Below are positions 63,999 to 64,000 of a stretch of 64,000 nucleotides of DNA, piece by piece (positions within the stretch are counted from its first letter, which is position 1; every line of letters begins with the position of its first letter). The notes under the pieces were generated by a model. The model searched no databases. It had not been told where the DNA came from and saw only the letters and a list, made by a program, of their open reading frames with translations. Location of the stretch: positions 255,408 through 319,407 of the forward strand of contig JANJXX010000001.1 of assembly GCA_024720975.1 (NCBI GenBank), given 5' to 3'. The stretch is from Thermoproteota archaeon. GTDB lineage: Archaea > Asgardarchaeota > Njordarchaeia > Njordarchaeales > Panguiarchaeaceae. The position numbers and the translations under genes are program-made.

Positions 63999-64000
63999 CT

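Noticed and set aside
1-64000. CRISPR arrays, IS elements, integrases, inteins, rRNA genes
   Set aside because: No spaced direct repeats, transposase/integrase motifs, intein signatures or rRNA-like stretches were seen.

Overview
Gene-dense archaeal core-genome window with no CRISPR array, transposase, integrase or rRNA gene detected. Marker content (PolD DP1, a diphthamide-less EF-2 paralogue, a gelsolin-like protein, a roadblock protein, tRNAs with introns at non-canonical sites, FBP aldolase/phosphatase) suggests a probably thermophilic lineage near the TACK/Asgard boundary (Njord-/Korarchaeota-like); this is inference. About 65 CDS are annotated, mostly translation, RNA processing, replication and central metabolism. 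There are also 11 tRNA genes (5 with introns), RNase P RNA and 3 clear plus 1-2 weaker C/D-box sRNAs. The standout is a UFC1-like (UFMylation-type) E2 enzyme with an intact catalytic Cys (40152-40727). It sits in a three-gene operon with a double zinc-finger protein and a YaaA/DUF6884-like protein, divergent from a cytoplasmic BBS2/ITFG2-like beta-propeller protein. Other highlights: a tRNA-Ala(GGC) with A3:U70 instead of G3:U70, a tRNA-Ser(UGA) with A73, a tRNA-Met with two order-dependent introns, a 48/49 intron in tRNA-Ile, and a candidate triple PRC-barrel protein. All family calls come from reading motifs by eye and from recalled sequences; no searches were run.
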